The translations under genes were made by a program, and so were the position numbers. Below are positions 29,466 through 39,483 of a stretch of DNA of 64,000 nt, one piece after another (position 1 is the first letter of the stretch; every line of letters begins with the position of its first letter). This DNA is from Candidatus Cloacimonadales bacterium (lineage in GTDB: Bacteria; Cloacimonadota; Cloacimonadia; Cloacimonadales; JAFGVF01). The notes under the pieces are model-generated. The model had not been told where the DNA came from. It searched no databases and was given only the letters and a program-made list of their open reading frames with translations. The stretch is taken from the NCBI GenBank assembly GCA_963667035.1, contig OY762964.1, forward strand, positions 992,001 to 1,056,000. Reading direction: 5' to 3'.

Positions 29466-30175
29466 GAATAATTGTACTCTCTATTCTGGTACTAATACTG
29501 TTGTCAGGATGTGTTACTATTAGTAAAGAGTATATCTCGGAAGTACCGGTAGAAAAGCAGATTGAAGTTCCTGTTAAAGAGATTGTGACTAAAGTTAAGT
29601 ATGAGCAAGATAATCTCTTTGCTCAGAAACCGGGAACTGTAGAGGTAGCACTTGTTAAAACCCAAGAGTTCAGTACTAATGCAGATTTAATTATAAATAA
29701 CATATATCAGTATTTAACAACCATACCGGACCTTAATAGAAAGTATATTATCTATGATGAGAAAACACTTAAGCAGTTATTCAGTTTAAATGATTTCACT
29801 ATTGAAGATGACGCCGATATCAATGTTCTCAAGGAAAACCATATAGACTATGTCATATATATATCTGATATAGGTGTACTTGGTAATCAGTTTAAACTTC
29901 ATATTTTAGACTTGGTAAACGAGAGCGAGAAAAAAAGTATTCAGTTTAAGAACTCTTTTGAGTCTAACTATTTAAATGACTTAAAGTTTTTCTTTTTACA
30001 ACAGGAAGTACCGGTGTATTATGATGAAGAAATTACTACCGGAACTACCTACAAAACAGTTACAGAGCTTGTTGAAAGAAAGATAACTCACGACTATAAA
30101 GCAATGCCATGGGGAGGACGTATACTTTTGGCTGCAGGAATAATAGGAGTCGTATACATTCTAGCTAATCAATAA
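29462..30175 (+). CDS. Hypothetical lipoprotein with C-terminal hydrophobic tail
   Basis: Lipobox LSGC; C-terminal ILLAAGIIGVVYIL. Confidence 0.7.
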   Translation: MRIIVLSILVLILLSGCVTISKEYISEVPVEKQIEVPVKEIVTKVKYEQDNLFAQKPGTVEVALVKTQEFSTNADLIINNIYQYLTTIPDLNRKYIIYDEKTLKQLFSLNDFTIEDDADINVLKENHIDYVIYISDIGVLGNQFKLHILDLVNESEKKSIQFKNSFESNYLNDLKFFFLQQEVPVYYDEEITTGTTYKTVTELVERKITHDYKAMPWGGRILLAAGIIGVVYILANQ

Positions 30176-30190
30176 TTCAGGAAGGGGGCT

Positions 30191-32023
30191 ATGCAAAGTA
30201 GGTTAGTATTATTTGCATATTTATTTTTATTTGTTTCCATAAACGTTTTTTCGATTACTGTTGATGAGATTATGAACGCCGATAACTATCTCTTCGGAAG
30301 AGGTGAAGATAGTAGCTATAGGGATGCAGAACTTGAAGCATTACAGAACCTATCGGAACAATTCTCTGTGCTTGTGAAATCCAATTTCGAAGAAGATGCC
30401 GAAGAAACCAATGGTAATGTCAATGAGTATTCCCGATCCGTTATTCAAACTTTCTCCTCCGCTTTCCTTGATAATACCGATAAGAAAGTAATTGAGACTG
30501 ATGATGGATTCATCATATTTAAGTACTTACCCAAATCAGATAAAGAAAGAATATTCACTAATAGAAAGAATAAGGTTTATGATTATGCTTCCAGGGGACA
30601 GGCATATCTTGAGGATTTAAACATTGGTCTGGCTATGAGGGATTTTTATTGGGCCCTAATACTTCTTAAGAGCATCCCCTGCTATGATAGTTTTGTAATC
30701 ATGGACGATAACAAATCTGTGGAAGTAAACTTAAAGTTATATCTACAAAGGAAACTGGAGACAATTCTAGCTAATATCTCATTCAATATAACAAAAGAGG
30801 AACAGCTATCTAATTGTGTGACGTTATATATTGAAGCAGATTATAATGGCGATATTATTAACGATTTGTGCTTTAAGTATTTTGATGGAGAAGAGCAAAT
30901 CCTTAGTAACATTATTGATGGGATAGGTATCATTAACTTACCTAACTCATATTATTCAGTGAATGACAGGTTTGTGATATCACTTGATTATAAATACCTG
31001 GAAGTGTTGCAAAAGGATCCGTTGGATGAAGAAGTTAAAGCTTTGATTGATATTGTAAATCCAGGTAAGTTCAAGAACAGAAAGTATTTGTGCAAGGATA
31101 GAATCACCAAATCACATAATGAACACATGATTAAAACTAATGTAGTTGATTTGGCTCCGGGTAGTATTGATAAAAAGAGAATGAATTCAATGCTGGAAGA
31201 TATTATTGATGCTATAAAGACGAAAGAATATGAAAATATTCACCATTACTTTACTGAGATTGGTTACACTCAGTTTTTAAATCTAATGAATTACGGTGAA
31301 GTTAGTATTTATGAACAGAATTTTGAAGTTGATTATTACAATCTTGATCATAGAGTACAAATTAAATCAATCCCAATCATAGTTACGCTAAAGGATAAAC
31401 AAAAGAGGACCTTACTTGATAAGCTGTCTATAACTTATGAGGATGGTAGGATAACTTGGATAAGTTTTGCTCTTGATGACAGTTATATGAACGTAGCAAT
31501 CAAACAGGCGGCTAAAGCTAACGATTTAAAGGAACGATTACAATGTATTAGTTTTCTTGAATACTACAAAACTATCTTTGCTTTAAAAGATGCTTTCAGA
31601 ATTGAGCAGATATTTGCCGATAGTGCAGCTATTTTTATAGGGTATGTGAGCAAGAATCAAGAAGTTCCGGCAGGACTTAAAGATGCAATAGACGTTCAGA
31701 TTGGAGATCAAACTATTATAAAAAGAGTTACTAAGTATGAATACATAGATAGACTAAAGAATAAAGTATTCATGGATAATGATTGTGTAAACATACAATT
31801 TACTGATCATGAGATAATTCGCAGGTCTTCAAGCAGACCCATTTATGCTATTCAATTACATCAGGAATACTATTCTACTAATTATTCAGATGAAGGATAT
31901 CTAATGCTTTTTATAGATTTTACAAATCCTAGAGAGCCTAAAATATTCTTCAGATATTGGCAGCAGGAACATATTGGAGAGGAGAAACAAAGGAGTATAG
32001 TTCCCGGCGATATCAGATTCTAA
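30191..32023 (+). CDS. Secreted protein with LPP20-like N-terminus
   Basis: Signal peptide; YLFGRG...AELEALQNLSEQFSV.V.S pattern; C-terminal YSDEGY.ML.IDF..P.I..R.WQ. Confidence 0.6.
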   Translation: MQSRLVLFAYLFLFVSINVFSITVDEIMNADNYLFGRGEDSSYRDAELEALQNLSEQFSVLVKSNFEEDAEETNGNVNEYSRSVIQTFSSAFLDNTDKKVIETDDGFIIFKYLPKSDKERIFTNRKNKVYDYASRGQAYLEDLNIGLAMRDFYWALILLKSIPCYDSFVIMDDNKSVEVNLKLYLQRKLETILANISFNITKEEQLSNCVTLYIEADYNGDIINDLCFKYFDGEEQILSNIIDGIGIINLPNSYYSVNDRFVISLDYKYLEVLQKDPLDEEVKALIDIVNPGKFKNRKYLCKDRITKSHNEHMIKTNVVDLAPGSIDKKRMNSMLEDIIDAIKTKEYENIHHYFTEIGYTQFLNLMNYGEVSIYEQNFEVDYYNLDHRVQIKSIPIIVTLKDKQKRTLLDKLSITYEDGRITWISFALDDSYMNVAIKQAAKANDLKERLQCISFLEYYKTIFALKDAFRIEQIFADSAAIFIGYVSKNQEVPAGLKDAIDVQIGDQTIIKRVTKYEYIDRLKNKVFMDNDCVNIQFTDHEIIRRSSSRPIYAIQLHQEYYSTNYSDEGYLMLFIDFTNPREPKIFFRYWQQEHIGEEKQRSIVPGDIRF

Positions 32024-32055
32024 ATTATAATAAGATAAATTACGGGGGGCGAAGT

Positions 32056-34638
32056 ATGAATAAATTGCTATCTTTATTCGTAATTCTATTAAGTTTCTCA
32101 TTATTGACTGCGTTAGAGTTTACAGTCGAAGATTTTGAATTAAATCCGTTAGATATGAAGGGTAATCTTGATAGTGTACAAGATGCTAATGGAGATGATT
32201 GTGCTTTAATAAAAGTTGAGACTGATGCCGTATCAGAGATACATTTTGTTCAAGTCGAAGTAGCAAAAAAAGTTAATGAATCTCCGGGTGTTTACTACTT
32301 CTACATTTCTTTCAGAGAAAGACAGGTTAAGATTACTGCTGAAAACTATATGCCAATGAATTTTAAGTTTCCGATAGGACTTGAAAGCAGAAAAGTCTAT
32401 ACTTTAAAGCTTAAATCATCCGGTGAAGTTTTCAAAGAGGAAGATTTAGTAACTGTCGTTGTATCAGTAAAACCTTTGGATTGTAATATTGCAGTTGACG
32501 GCGTTGAAATGAATACTAAGATATTTAAGCTCGTTAAAGGTATTCACAATATAAGTATCAGTAAGGAGGGATATATCTCAAGAACAGAAGATTATGACTT
32601 CCAACTTGATGAACAGATTAACTTTGAACTGTTTCCGGGTAGGCATGAAATAGTGGTTGAGAAGATTAACTATAAAACTCAAATAAGAACAATTAATTTT
32701 ACTGAGGATCAAACTCTATTCTTCGATCTGGTTAAGAATGTTGCAATTGCTAATATAAACATTCCTGAGTATTGCAAACTCTATATTGATGGAGTTGAAA
32801 CGAAGAAGATGTATGGAATTGAGTTATCTCCCGGATCATATAATGTCAGGATAAGTAATCCTGTAGGTGAAGATGTAGCGGATGTTTTGATTGTTAATGA
32901 TTTGGCTACTATTGATAGGACTTATGAACCAAAGGTCAAAACCGGAATCATCGATATTGAGGTATATCCTTATAAAAACACTACTGTAACTCTCACTGAT
33001 GCATTAGGTCAAAAGCATTCTAAAGTCGGTGGAGCATACTTCAATGATATCTGTATAGGAAACTACACTATTGAATGTACTAAAGAAGGTTTTGAGGAAT
33101 ATCGACATGCAGACTACCTTTACGAAGGGGAAGTTAAGAAACATCAATTCAATCTTAAGGAGCTAGAGGGAGAGGGAACACTTACCGTTAATGTGAGCCC
33201 GACTCATGCAAAAGTTAAAGTGGTTTCCGATAAGAATGGTAAGACATACTCTGCAAGTAACGGAAAGAGCTTGGAGAAGCTACCGGTTGGAAAATACAAA
33301 ATATATGCTACAGCTAAAGGTTATACAAAGAAGAATACTTCTGTAACGATAAAGAAGAATGAGTCACAAAATACCAGTATTTCGTTAAGAGAAAGAGGTT
33401 TTAGGGTAAGTCTTAATAATACCTTGCGGTCTAGATTTCTATATATCGGAGGTATTGAACACCACGGCAGAGATTTTGAAGATGAATTCTCCCCATCCGA
33501 TATCTTTGATACTGAGAATATAGAAGGTAATACTTTGCTTTTCTGCGATGATATATATGCTAATATGCGTCTAAAATACGGAGTTATAGGAGTAAAAGCA
33601 GATGCAAGTGTGAGTGCAAAGCTTTACAGAAAGGCAAAAACTCACTACCCGATAGAATCCGTTGAAACCTATGAAGATGCAATAATGTATGGTAATAAGT
33701 TTATGCGAGGAGAGCTGTTCTTTGATATGAAAGGATCTTACATAGCAGCTAAGTATGGAAGACTAGCAAGTATTAATCGCTACGCCCTTATTCATAGGTA
33801 CGGAGGTATTGGTTATCAACTTGAGATGAGAGCAAACCCTATCGAATTAAATTTAATGTATACTTCTCCCGCTAAGATTTATGGCTACTCGGATGACATT
33901 GAAGATATAACGGATTTTGAGACGGATGATGAATCATATTTGTCTATTACTTTTCTTAATAATTTCGACAAGAATAAAAGCATCTACTTTGGTGGAATAA
34001 CGGATGATAATAGCTCTCTATATTACTATAATTTTGAGTCAAAGTTAGGGGAGTTAAGAGGTAGATTCGGATACGGAAATGCTAAGAACACAGAGCAAAT
34101 TTATGTGGTAGATTTAGGTTTTCAATACGAAGATGAACACATGGTTGAATTAGGATTCTCCATGGCTAGCTGGGAAAAGGAGAATGAAACCGATCGTGAA
34201 TACAGTATTTTTGCTCAGAATGCTTTAAGAGCTTATTTCGACTGCTATTATTTCCTATCTTTAAAAACGAATCCACTTGAAGATAGCCTTGATAATGCTA
34301 ATGACAACACAGTGATAAGCATTCTGGAAGCGGAAGAGTACATCATAATGATGCCATACTTTAATCTGCACTTTAACTATTATGGTGAGTTTATGCCTTA
34401 TTGGACGTCAACTGCAATGTTCACTGATTCGGGAGTGATTCTTGAAATTGATGTTGGAGCAGAAATTGTTCTCGTTAAAGAGCGTTATAATCGCTTGGTT
34501 TTAGGAATCCAAACAGCATTTTTGCATCAGCATTTAACTGATGGTGATACATTTGAGAATGATGAAAGTGATTGGAGATACTTTACAGAGGAGAATCTGT
34601 TTGGGATAAAAACTGAGATAAGTTGGAGAATCTGGTAA
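32056..34638 (+). CDS. PEGA-domain secreted/outer-membrane protein
   Basis: Signal peptide from the ATG at 32056; DANGDDCALIKV N-terminal motif; repeated G.H.I.I.KEGY PEGA-like units; aromatic C-terminal beta-strand. Confidence 0.75.
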   Translation: MNKLLSLFVILLSFSLLTALEFTVEDFELNPLDMKGNLDSVQDANGDDCALIKVETDAVSEIHFVQVEVAKKVNESPGVYYFYISFRERQVKITAENYMPMNFKFPIGLESRKVYTLKLKSSGEVFKEEDLVTVVVSVKPLDCNIAVDGVEMNTKIFKLVKGIHNISISKEGYISRTEDYDFQLDEQINFELFPGRHEIVVEKINYKTQIRTINFTEDQTLFFDLVKNVAIANINIPEYCKLYIDGVETKKMYGIELSPGSYNVRISNPVGEDVADVLIVNDLATIDRTYEPKVKTGIIDIEVYPYKNTTVTLTDALGQKHSKVGGAYFNDICIGNYTIECTKEGFEEYRHADYLYEGEVKKHQFNLKELEGEGTLTVNVSPTHAKVKVVSDKNGKTYSASNGKSLEKLPVGKYKIYATAKGYTKKNTSVTIKKNESQNTSISLRERGFRVSLNNTLRSRFLYIGGIEHHGRDFEDEFSPSDIFDTENIEGNTLLFCDDIYANMRLKYGVIGVKADASVSAKLYRKAKTHYPIESVETYEDAIMYGNKFMRGELFFDMKGSYIAAKYGRLASINRYALIHRYGGIGYQLEMRANPIELNLMYTSPAKIYGYSDDIEDITDFETDDESYLSITFLNNFDKNKSIYFGGITDDNSSLYYYNFESKLGELRGRFGYGNAKNTEQIYVVDLGFQYEDEHMVELGFSMASWEKENETDREYSIFAQNALRAYFDCYYFLSLKTNPLEDSLDNANDNTVISILEAEEYIIMMPYFNLHFNYYGEFMPYWTSTAMFTDSGVILEIDVGAEIVLVKERYNRLVLGIQTAFLHQHLTDGDTFENDESDWRYFTEENLFGIKTEISWRIW

Positions 34639-34759
34639 TTAAGTAGTATTTATTTTGTAAAACTAAGTAATAAAATGTTACTAGCCATTAATCTTTTCTT
34701 GACTTAGAAAATGAATATATATAGAATTACGAAGAGGTTTGCAACTAAGGAAAAGAAAA

Positions 34760-37700
34760 ATGGAATTAAAACTTTCGATCCTATTAGCTAATGTAGCACT
34801 TTTACTTACTATTGGTTTACTTTACGATAACTTCTCAGGTATCAATAACTTTAATACCTTTAAAAAGAAAGTATTGATAGGTTTAATCATCGGTTTGATT
34901 GGAATATCTTTAATGACTCAACCCTGGACGTATTCGCAAGGAATAAGTGTAGATACAATATCAATACTATTAAGTATTTCAGGGCTATTCTTTGGACTAA
35001 TACCAACAGCTATAGTATCAGTTATCACCATTGCTTTCAGACTATATCTGGGTGGGGTTGGAGCAACTTACGGTAGTTTTCTAATCATTGCATCTGCAGG
35101 AATAGGTGTTCTTGCAAACCATTATTTTAGTCGGAACCAAAATAAAGAGTTTTCTTGGATTTATATTCTAATATTAAGCTATGTGACTCATATAGTAATG
35201 CTTTTTCTTATATTCACTTTACCCGGAACAATCAGAATTCAAGTTCTGGAAAGTGTTCTCTTTGTAACTTTAGTAATCTACCCTATAACAGAGTTTCTTT
35301 TAGGATTAGTTATTCTAAATAAGATGAAAAGAGACCTTAAAGATAGGTTGATAAACGAAAGAGAAAAGATATTTCGTTCTCTTTTTTGGCATGCCCCTAT
35401 TGCTTACCAATCCTTATCCAATGATTTTAAACTATTAACAGTAAATCAAACTTGGTTGGATACTCTTGGTTTTGATAAAGAAGATATAGTCGAAAAAAGC
35501 TTTTGGGATTATGTTCATCCGGATGATGTAAGCCTTGTTAAAAATACCTTTAATCAAATGATATTAAATGATAAACCATTAGAATATCAGTTGAGGTTAA
35601 TAAAAAAAAATGGGTCTTACTGTTTTTCAAATTTCTCCAGCAGGATTGTAAAAGGACTTAATAATGAGTTGGTAAGAACACATTGTACTTTTATTGATGT
35701 AACGAAGCAAGTGATAGCTGATAGAGAAAAATCTACTGCAGAGAATGCCTTTAAAAAGCTATTTGATGAAGCTCCAATTGGTATCTTTCAAACTACATCA
35801 AAAGGTCAAGTTATCTCGGTAAATCCTATGGTTGTAAAGATTCTAGATTGTGAAAATGAAGAAGAATTACTTAGACATTATGTATCCTTATATGAAGACC
35901 TCTATGTGAATTCTTCAGAAAGAGAACGTTTTATTGAGTTGCTGAAGAGAGACGGTAAAGTATATCAGTATGAGTATAGAGGGAAAACCGCTACAGGTAG
36001 AATTCTCTGGTTGGTTATGGATGCAAAAGTGAGTTTTTTAAAGGAAAACGGAGACTTTATTATTGAAGGTTTTGTATCTGACATTACAGCTCGCAAAGAA
36101 GCTGAAAGAGAACTCAAATCCATTGAATGGATGCTTACAGGTAATCCTGATACCATTAGTATGAACATTTTATACAGTGATTTGGTTAAGCTTAATCATG
36201 ATGGCTTGATTCTCAAATCGGTAGGGTATGATATGTTAACGGATATTGTTAGTGACTATCTTAATTTAATGAATACGTCGACTGCCGTTTATGAATTGGA
36301 CGGTTCGTATGCTTTGGGTTTGTTCACTTCGGATTGGTGTAATTTGTTGGGAGATGCTACTTATAAACTTGCGAAAAAGGATTCACTTTCTGAAGCAATC
36401 GATTCAGGTGATTGGCTTTGTCATGAATCATGTTGGACCAATGTCTCAAAGTCATGCATAGAAACAGGACAAGCCGTGGACAGAACATGTGCAGGAGGAC
36501 TCAGATTATATGGGGAACCTATTTATGCCGGAGATAAAATAGTCGGTTCATTAAACTTTGGTTATGGATCTCCTCCTAAAGACGAAAGAATTCTTAAAGA
36601 ACTTGCAGATAGTTACAACATTCCATATGAAGACATTTTGAAAGCTTCAGAGAACTACATGAGTCGACCGCCATTCATTGTGGAGCATGCTAAGAAACAG
36701 CTTCATTCTGCTGCTCGCATCATAGGTGAGATAGTCGAGAGAAGGATCGTGCAGGATGAACTATCGAGAAGTGAGGCGACTCTAAGAGGTCTGTTTGATA
36801 ACATGACTAGTGGAGTTGCAATATACAAAGTTAAGAATGAAGGAAAGAATGCTGAAGATTATTATGTAGAGTATTTCAATAAAAAGAGTCTTGAATTGGA
36901 AGGTAAATCATTACCTGATGTCGTGGGCAAGAATCTTAGGGAGCTTAGACCAAATATCGATGATTTCGGTATTATTCCGATTTTTCATAAAACTTTTGTA
37001 TCTGGTAAACCTATTTTCTATCCAGCGAAAGTCTATGTAGATGAAAATTTCAATAATTGGTATGAGAATAGGGTATTTAAGATTCCTACAGGTCAAATAG
37101 TGGCTATCTATGATGATGTTACAGATAAGACAAGAGCATTGATGGAGCTTAAACATAGCGAAGCATCTTTTAGAAGTATATTCTCGGCAGCCTTGGTTGG
37201 AATAGGTGTAATTGAAAAAAGGGTTTTTAAACAGGTGAATCCTGCTTTATGCAATTTGCTGGGATATACTGAAGATGAGTTGGTTGATAAGAGTACCAGA
37301 ATATTATATTTAAATGATGAAGATTATCATAAAACTGGTGAATATCTCTATAATTACAAGAATGGACAAGAGATTGTAAACTATGAAATGAGTCTAAAGA
37401 AGAGAGATGGTTACGGTATTGAAGTACTAATTAACCTTGCTCCCGTAGAGCCAACCGAACTTGACGGGGAGATTATTTTTACTGCTCTTGATATTACTGA
37501 ACGAAAAGAAGTAGAGAGGGAAATAACCTTACTTAATCAGGAACTTGAACAAAGAGTGAAATCCAGAACAAGAGAGTTATCTCAAGCCAATAAAGAGCTT
37601 GAAGCATTTGCCTATTCGGTTGCGCATGACCTTAGGACTCCTTTGAGAGCAATAAACGGATTTACTCAATTCTTAATTAATGATTACTCCCAGACTCTTG

Positions 37701-38266
37701 ACGATGAAGGTAACAGACTATTGGGTATTATTAAAAATAGCTCTCATCACATGGATTTACTAATCAAGGATTTGTTATCTTTAACCCAAATTGCACGGTT
37801 AGGTTTAAACTATAAGCTTGTAAATCATGTGAAAATCATAGAGACGTTAATGGTAAGTAACTATACGGGGAATGATATATCTAAATATGAGATTAAAATA
37901 GGTAAGCTACCTAAAGCCTATTGCGATGCAGGTTTGTTTAAGCATGTATGGAGTAATTTGTTATCAAATGCAATAAAGTACTCAGCTCCCAAGGAACATC
38001 CAATAATTGAGATAGGATGTACTGAGGAAAAGGATAGATTTGTTTTCCATGTTTCCGATAATGGAGTAGGCTTTGATATGAAGTATGTTGACAAACTGTT
38101 CGGAGTTTTTAAAAGATTACATAGAATAGAAGATTTTGAAGGTACGGGTGTAGGATTAGCCATTGTGAAGAACATTATTTCTAAGCATAATGGTGATGTA
38201 TGGGCTAAAGGAGAAGTAAACGTGGGTGCAACAATTTATTTCTCCATACCTAGAAAGGAGGCGTAA
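34760..38266 (+). CDS. Sensor histidine kinase: 5TM-LytS-like + PAS + PocR + PAS + HisKA/HATPase
   Basis: N-terminal TMs; PAS motifs (VHPDD, DITERK); PocR-like Cys (SDWC, CAGGL); SVAHDLRTPL, NLLSNAIKY, DNGVGF, GTGVGL. Confidence 0.9.
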   Translation: MELKLSILLANVALLLTIGLLYDNFSGINNFNTFKKKVLIGLIIGLIGISLMTQPWTYSQGISVDTISILLSISGLFFGLIPTAIVSVITIAFRLYLGGVGATYGSFLIIASAGIGVLANHYFSRNQNKEFSWIYILILSYVTHIVMLFLIFTLPGTIRIQVLESVLFVTLVIYPITEFLLGLVILNKMKRDLKDRLINEREKIFRSLFWHAPIAYQSLSNDFKLLTVNQTWLDTLGFDKEDIVEKSFWDYVHPDDVSLVKNTFNQMILNDKPLEYQLRLIKKNGSYCFSNFSSRIVKGLNNELVRTHCTFIDVTKQVIADREKSTAENAFKKLFDEAPIGIFQTTSKGQVISVNPMVVKILDCENEEELLRHYVSLYEDLYVNSSERERFIELLKRDGKVYQYEYRGKTATGRILWLVMDAKVSFLKENGDFIIEGFVSDITARKEAERELKSIEWMLTGNPDTISMNILYSDLVKLNHDGLILKSVGYDMLTDIVSDYLNLMNTSTAVYELDGSYALGLFTSDWCNLLGDATYKLAKKDSLSEAIDSGDWLCHESCWTNVSKSCIETGQAVDRTCAGGLRLYGEPIYAGDKIVGSLNFGYGSPPKDERILKELADSYNIPYEDILKASENYMSRPPFIVEHAKKQLHSAARIIGEIVERRIVQDELSRSEATLRGLFDNMTSGVAIYKVKNEGKNAEDYYVEYFNKKSLELEGKSLPDVVGKNLRELRPNIDDFGIIPIFHKTFVSGKPIFYPAKVYVDENFNNWYENRVFKIPTGQIVAIYDDVTDKTRALMELKHSEASFRSIFSAALVGIGVIEKRVFKQVNPALCNLLGYTEDELVDKSTRILYLNDEDYHKTGEYLYNYKNGQEIVNYEMSLKKRDGYGIEVLINLAPVEPTELDGEIIFTALDITERKEVEREITLLNQELEQRVKSRTRELSQANKELEAFAYSVAHDLRTPLRAINGFTQFLINDYSQTLDDEGNRLLGIIKNSSHHMDLLIKDLLSLTQIARLGLNYKLVNHVKIIETLMVSNYTGNDISKYEIKIGKLPKAYCDAGLFKHVWSNLLSNAIKYSAPKEHPIIEIGCTEEKDRFVFHVSDNGVGFDMKYVDKLFGVFKRLHRIEDFEGTGVGLAIVKNIISKHNGDVWAKGEVNVGATIYFSIPRKEA

Positions 38267-38697
38267 TGAAACATGCGATGATGGATATTCTCATTATTGA
38301 GGATAGTCTCTATGATGCTGAACTGATTATAAGAGCATTAAAGAAAGATAATCCGGACATAAATGTTGAGATTCTAACAGATGGGGAAGAGGCAATCGAG
38401 TTTATAGATAATAAAATTATCAAAGATAATTTCATACCAAGGATAATCATTTTGGATTTGAAGCTTCCAAAGCTGAATGGAATTGAGGTTCTTACTCATT
38501 TGAAGAGCAAGCAAGAGACAGAGAGTATTCCTGTCGTTGTTCTATCATCCTCATCTCAGAAATCGGATGTAAAAGCATGTTATGAACTGGGTGCTAACAG
38601 CTACGTCTTAAAACCTATTGATGTGGATGATTTCTTTGATAATCTCTCAACAATCAGTAGTTATTGGCTTCAATTGAATCTTACAATGATACGCTAG
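38266..38697 (+). CDS. Single-domain response regulator
   Basis: ILIIED, LDLKLPK, LSSS, GANSYVLKP. Confidence 0.92.
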   Translation: MKHAMMDILIIEDSLYDAELIIRALKKDNPDINVEILTDGEEAIEFIDNKIIKDNFIPRIIILDLKLPKLNGIEVLTHLKSKQETESIPVVVLSSSSQKSDVKACYELGANSYVLKPIDVDDFFDNLSTISSYWLQLNLTMIR

Positions 38698-38751
38698 TTA
38701 AGGTAGGGATATTCAATAGAAATTGATAATTATCTGTAGCTTTTCTCTAGC

Positions 38752-38820
38752 ATTTCCCTTGGGTTACCCTTGCCTCGCAAGGGAAACCCGAGGGTGAGGC
38801 AAGAGTAACCCAAGGGAAAT
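38752..38820. repeat. Long inverted repeat with 11-bp CTTG/CAAG periodicity between convergent genes
   Basis: 38752-38776 vs 38796-38820 are 24/25 complementary; cores at 38758,38769 and 38778,38789,38800,38811. Confidence 0.8.
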
Positions 38821-38841
38821 TATTTGAAAATACTATGAAAT

Positions 38842-39483
38842 CTACCGGGCAGTTTTACCTTTCTTAGTAAAACTTATCTTACTCTCAGTACCTTTAACAA
38901 GCCTTTGAATATTTGCTTTATGCTTGTAGATTATGAATCCTACCATAATTCCAAGTAAAATTAAAGTCGGTAAATGATTGAACTCTCCTCTAATATTTCT
39001 GATTAGCTCCAATAGAATAGCAGTTAGAGCTGCAGATATAGAACCTAGAGACACATATCTTGTTAAAGCTACAACAACAATAAAAACTAACAAAGCTATT
39101 GCTATTGCTCCGGTAGTTAAACTTAAGAATACCCCGGCGGTCGTGGCAACACCTTTTCCTCCCTTGAACTTTAAAAAGACAGGAAGGATATGTCCTATGA
39201 TAGCCATTACACCACAACTTACAATCTGTAACTCATAGGTTAAATCAGAACATTCGGAGATAATGGTTTTAGCAATGAGTACTGCCGCAATTCCTTTTAA
39301 CATATCGAGAATCATGACAATTATACCGGGTGTTGTTCCAAGCACTCTCAGTGTATTGGTAGCACCGGCATTACCGCTTCCATGCTCTCTTATATCGATT
39401 CCTCTTAAGACTTTACCGGCAAGATAACTAAAGGGGATACTGCCAAGTATGTATGCAATACTAATACTCAGTAGAAAATTCAT
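38842..39483 (-). CDS. plsY: Glycerol-3-phosphate acyltransferase
   Basis: GSIPF, GSGNAGATN, FKGGKGVAT, HKANIQRL. Confidence 0.96.
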   Translation of the reverse strand: MNFLLSISIAYILGSIPFSYLAGKVLRGIDIREHGSGNAGATNTLRVLGTTPGIIVMILDMLKGIAAVLIAKTIISECSDLTYELQIVSCGVMAIIGHILPVFLKFKGGKGVATTAGVFLSLTTGAIAIALLVFIVVVALTRYVSLGSISAALTAILLELIRNIRGEFNHLPTLILLGIMVGFIIYKHKANIQRLVKGTESKISFTKKGKTAR

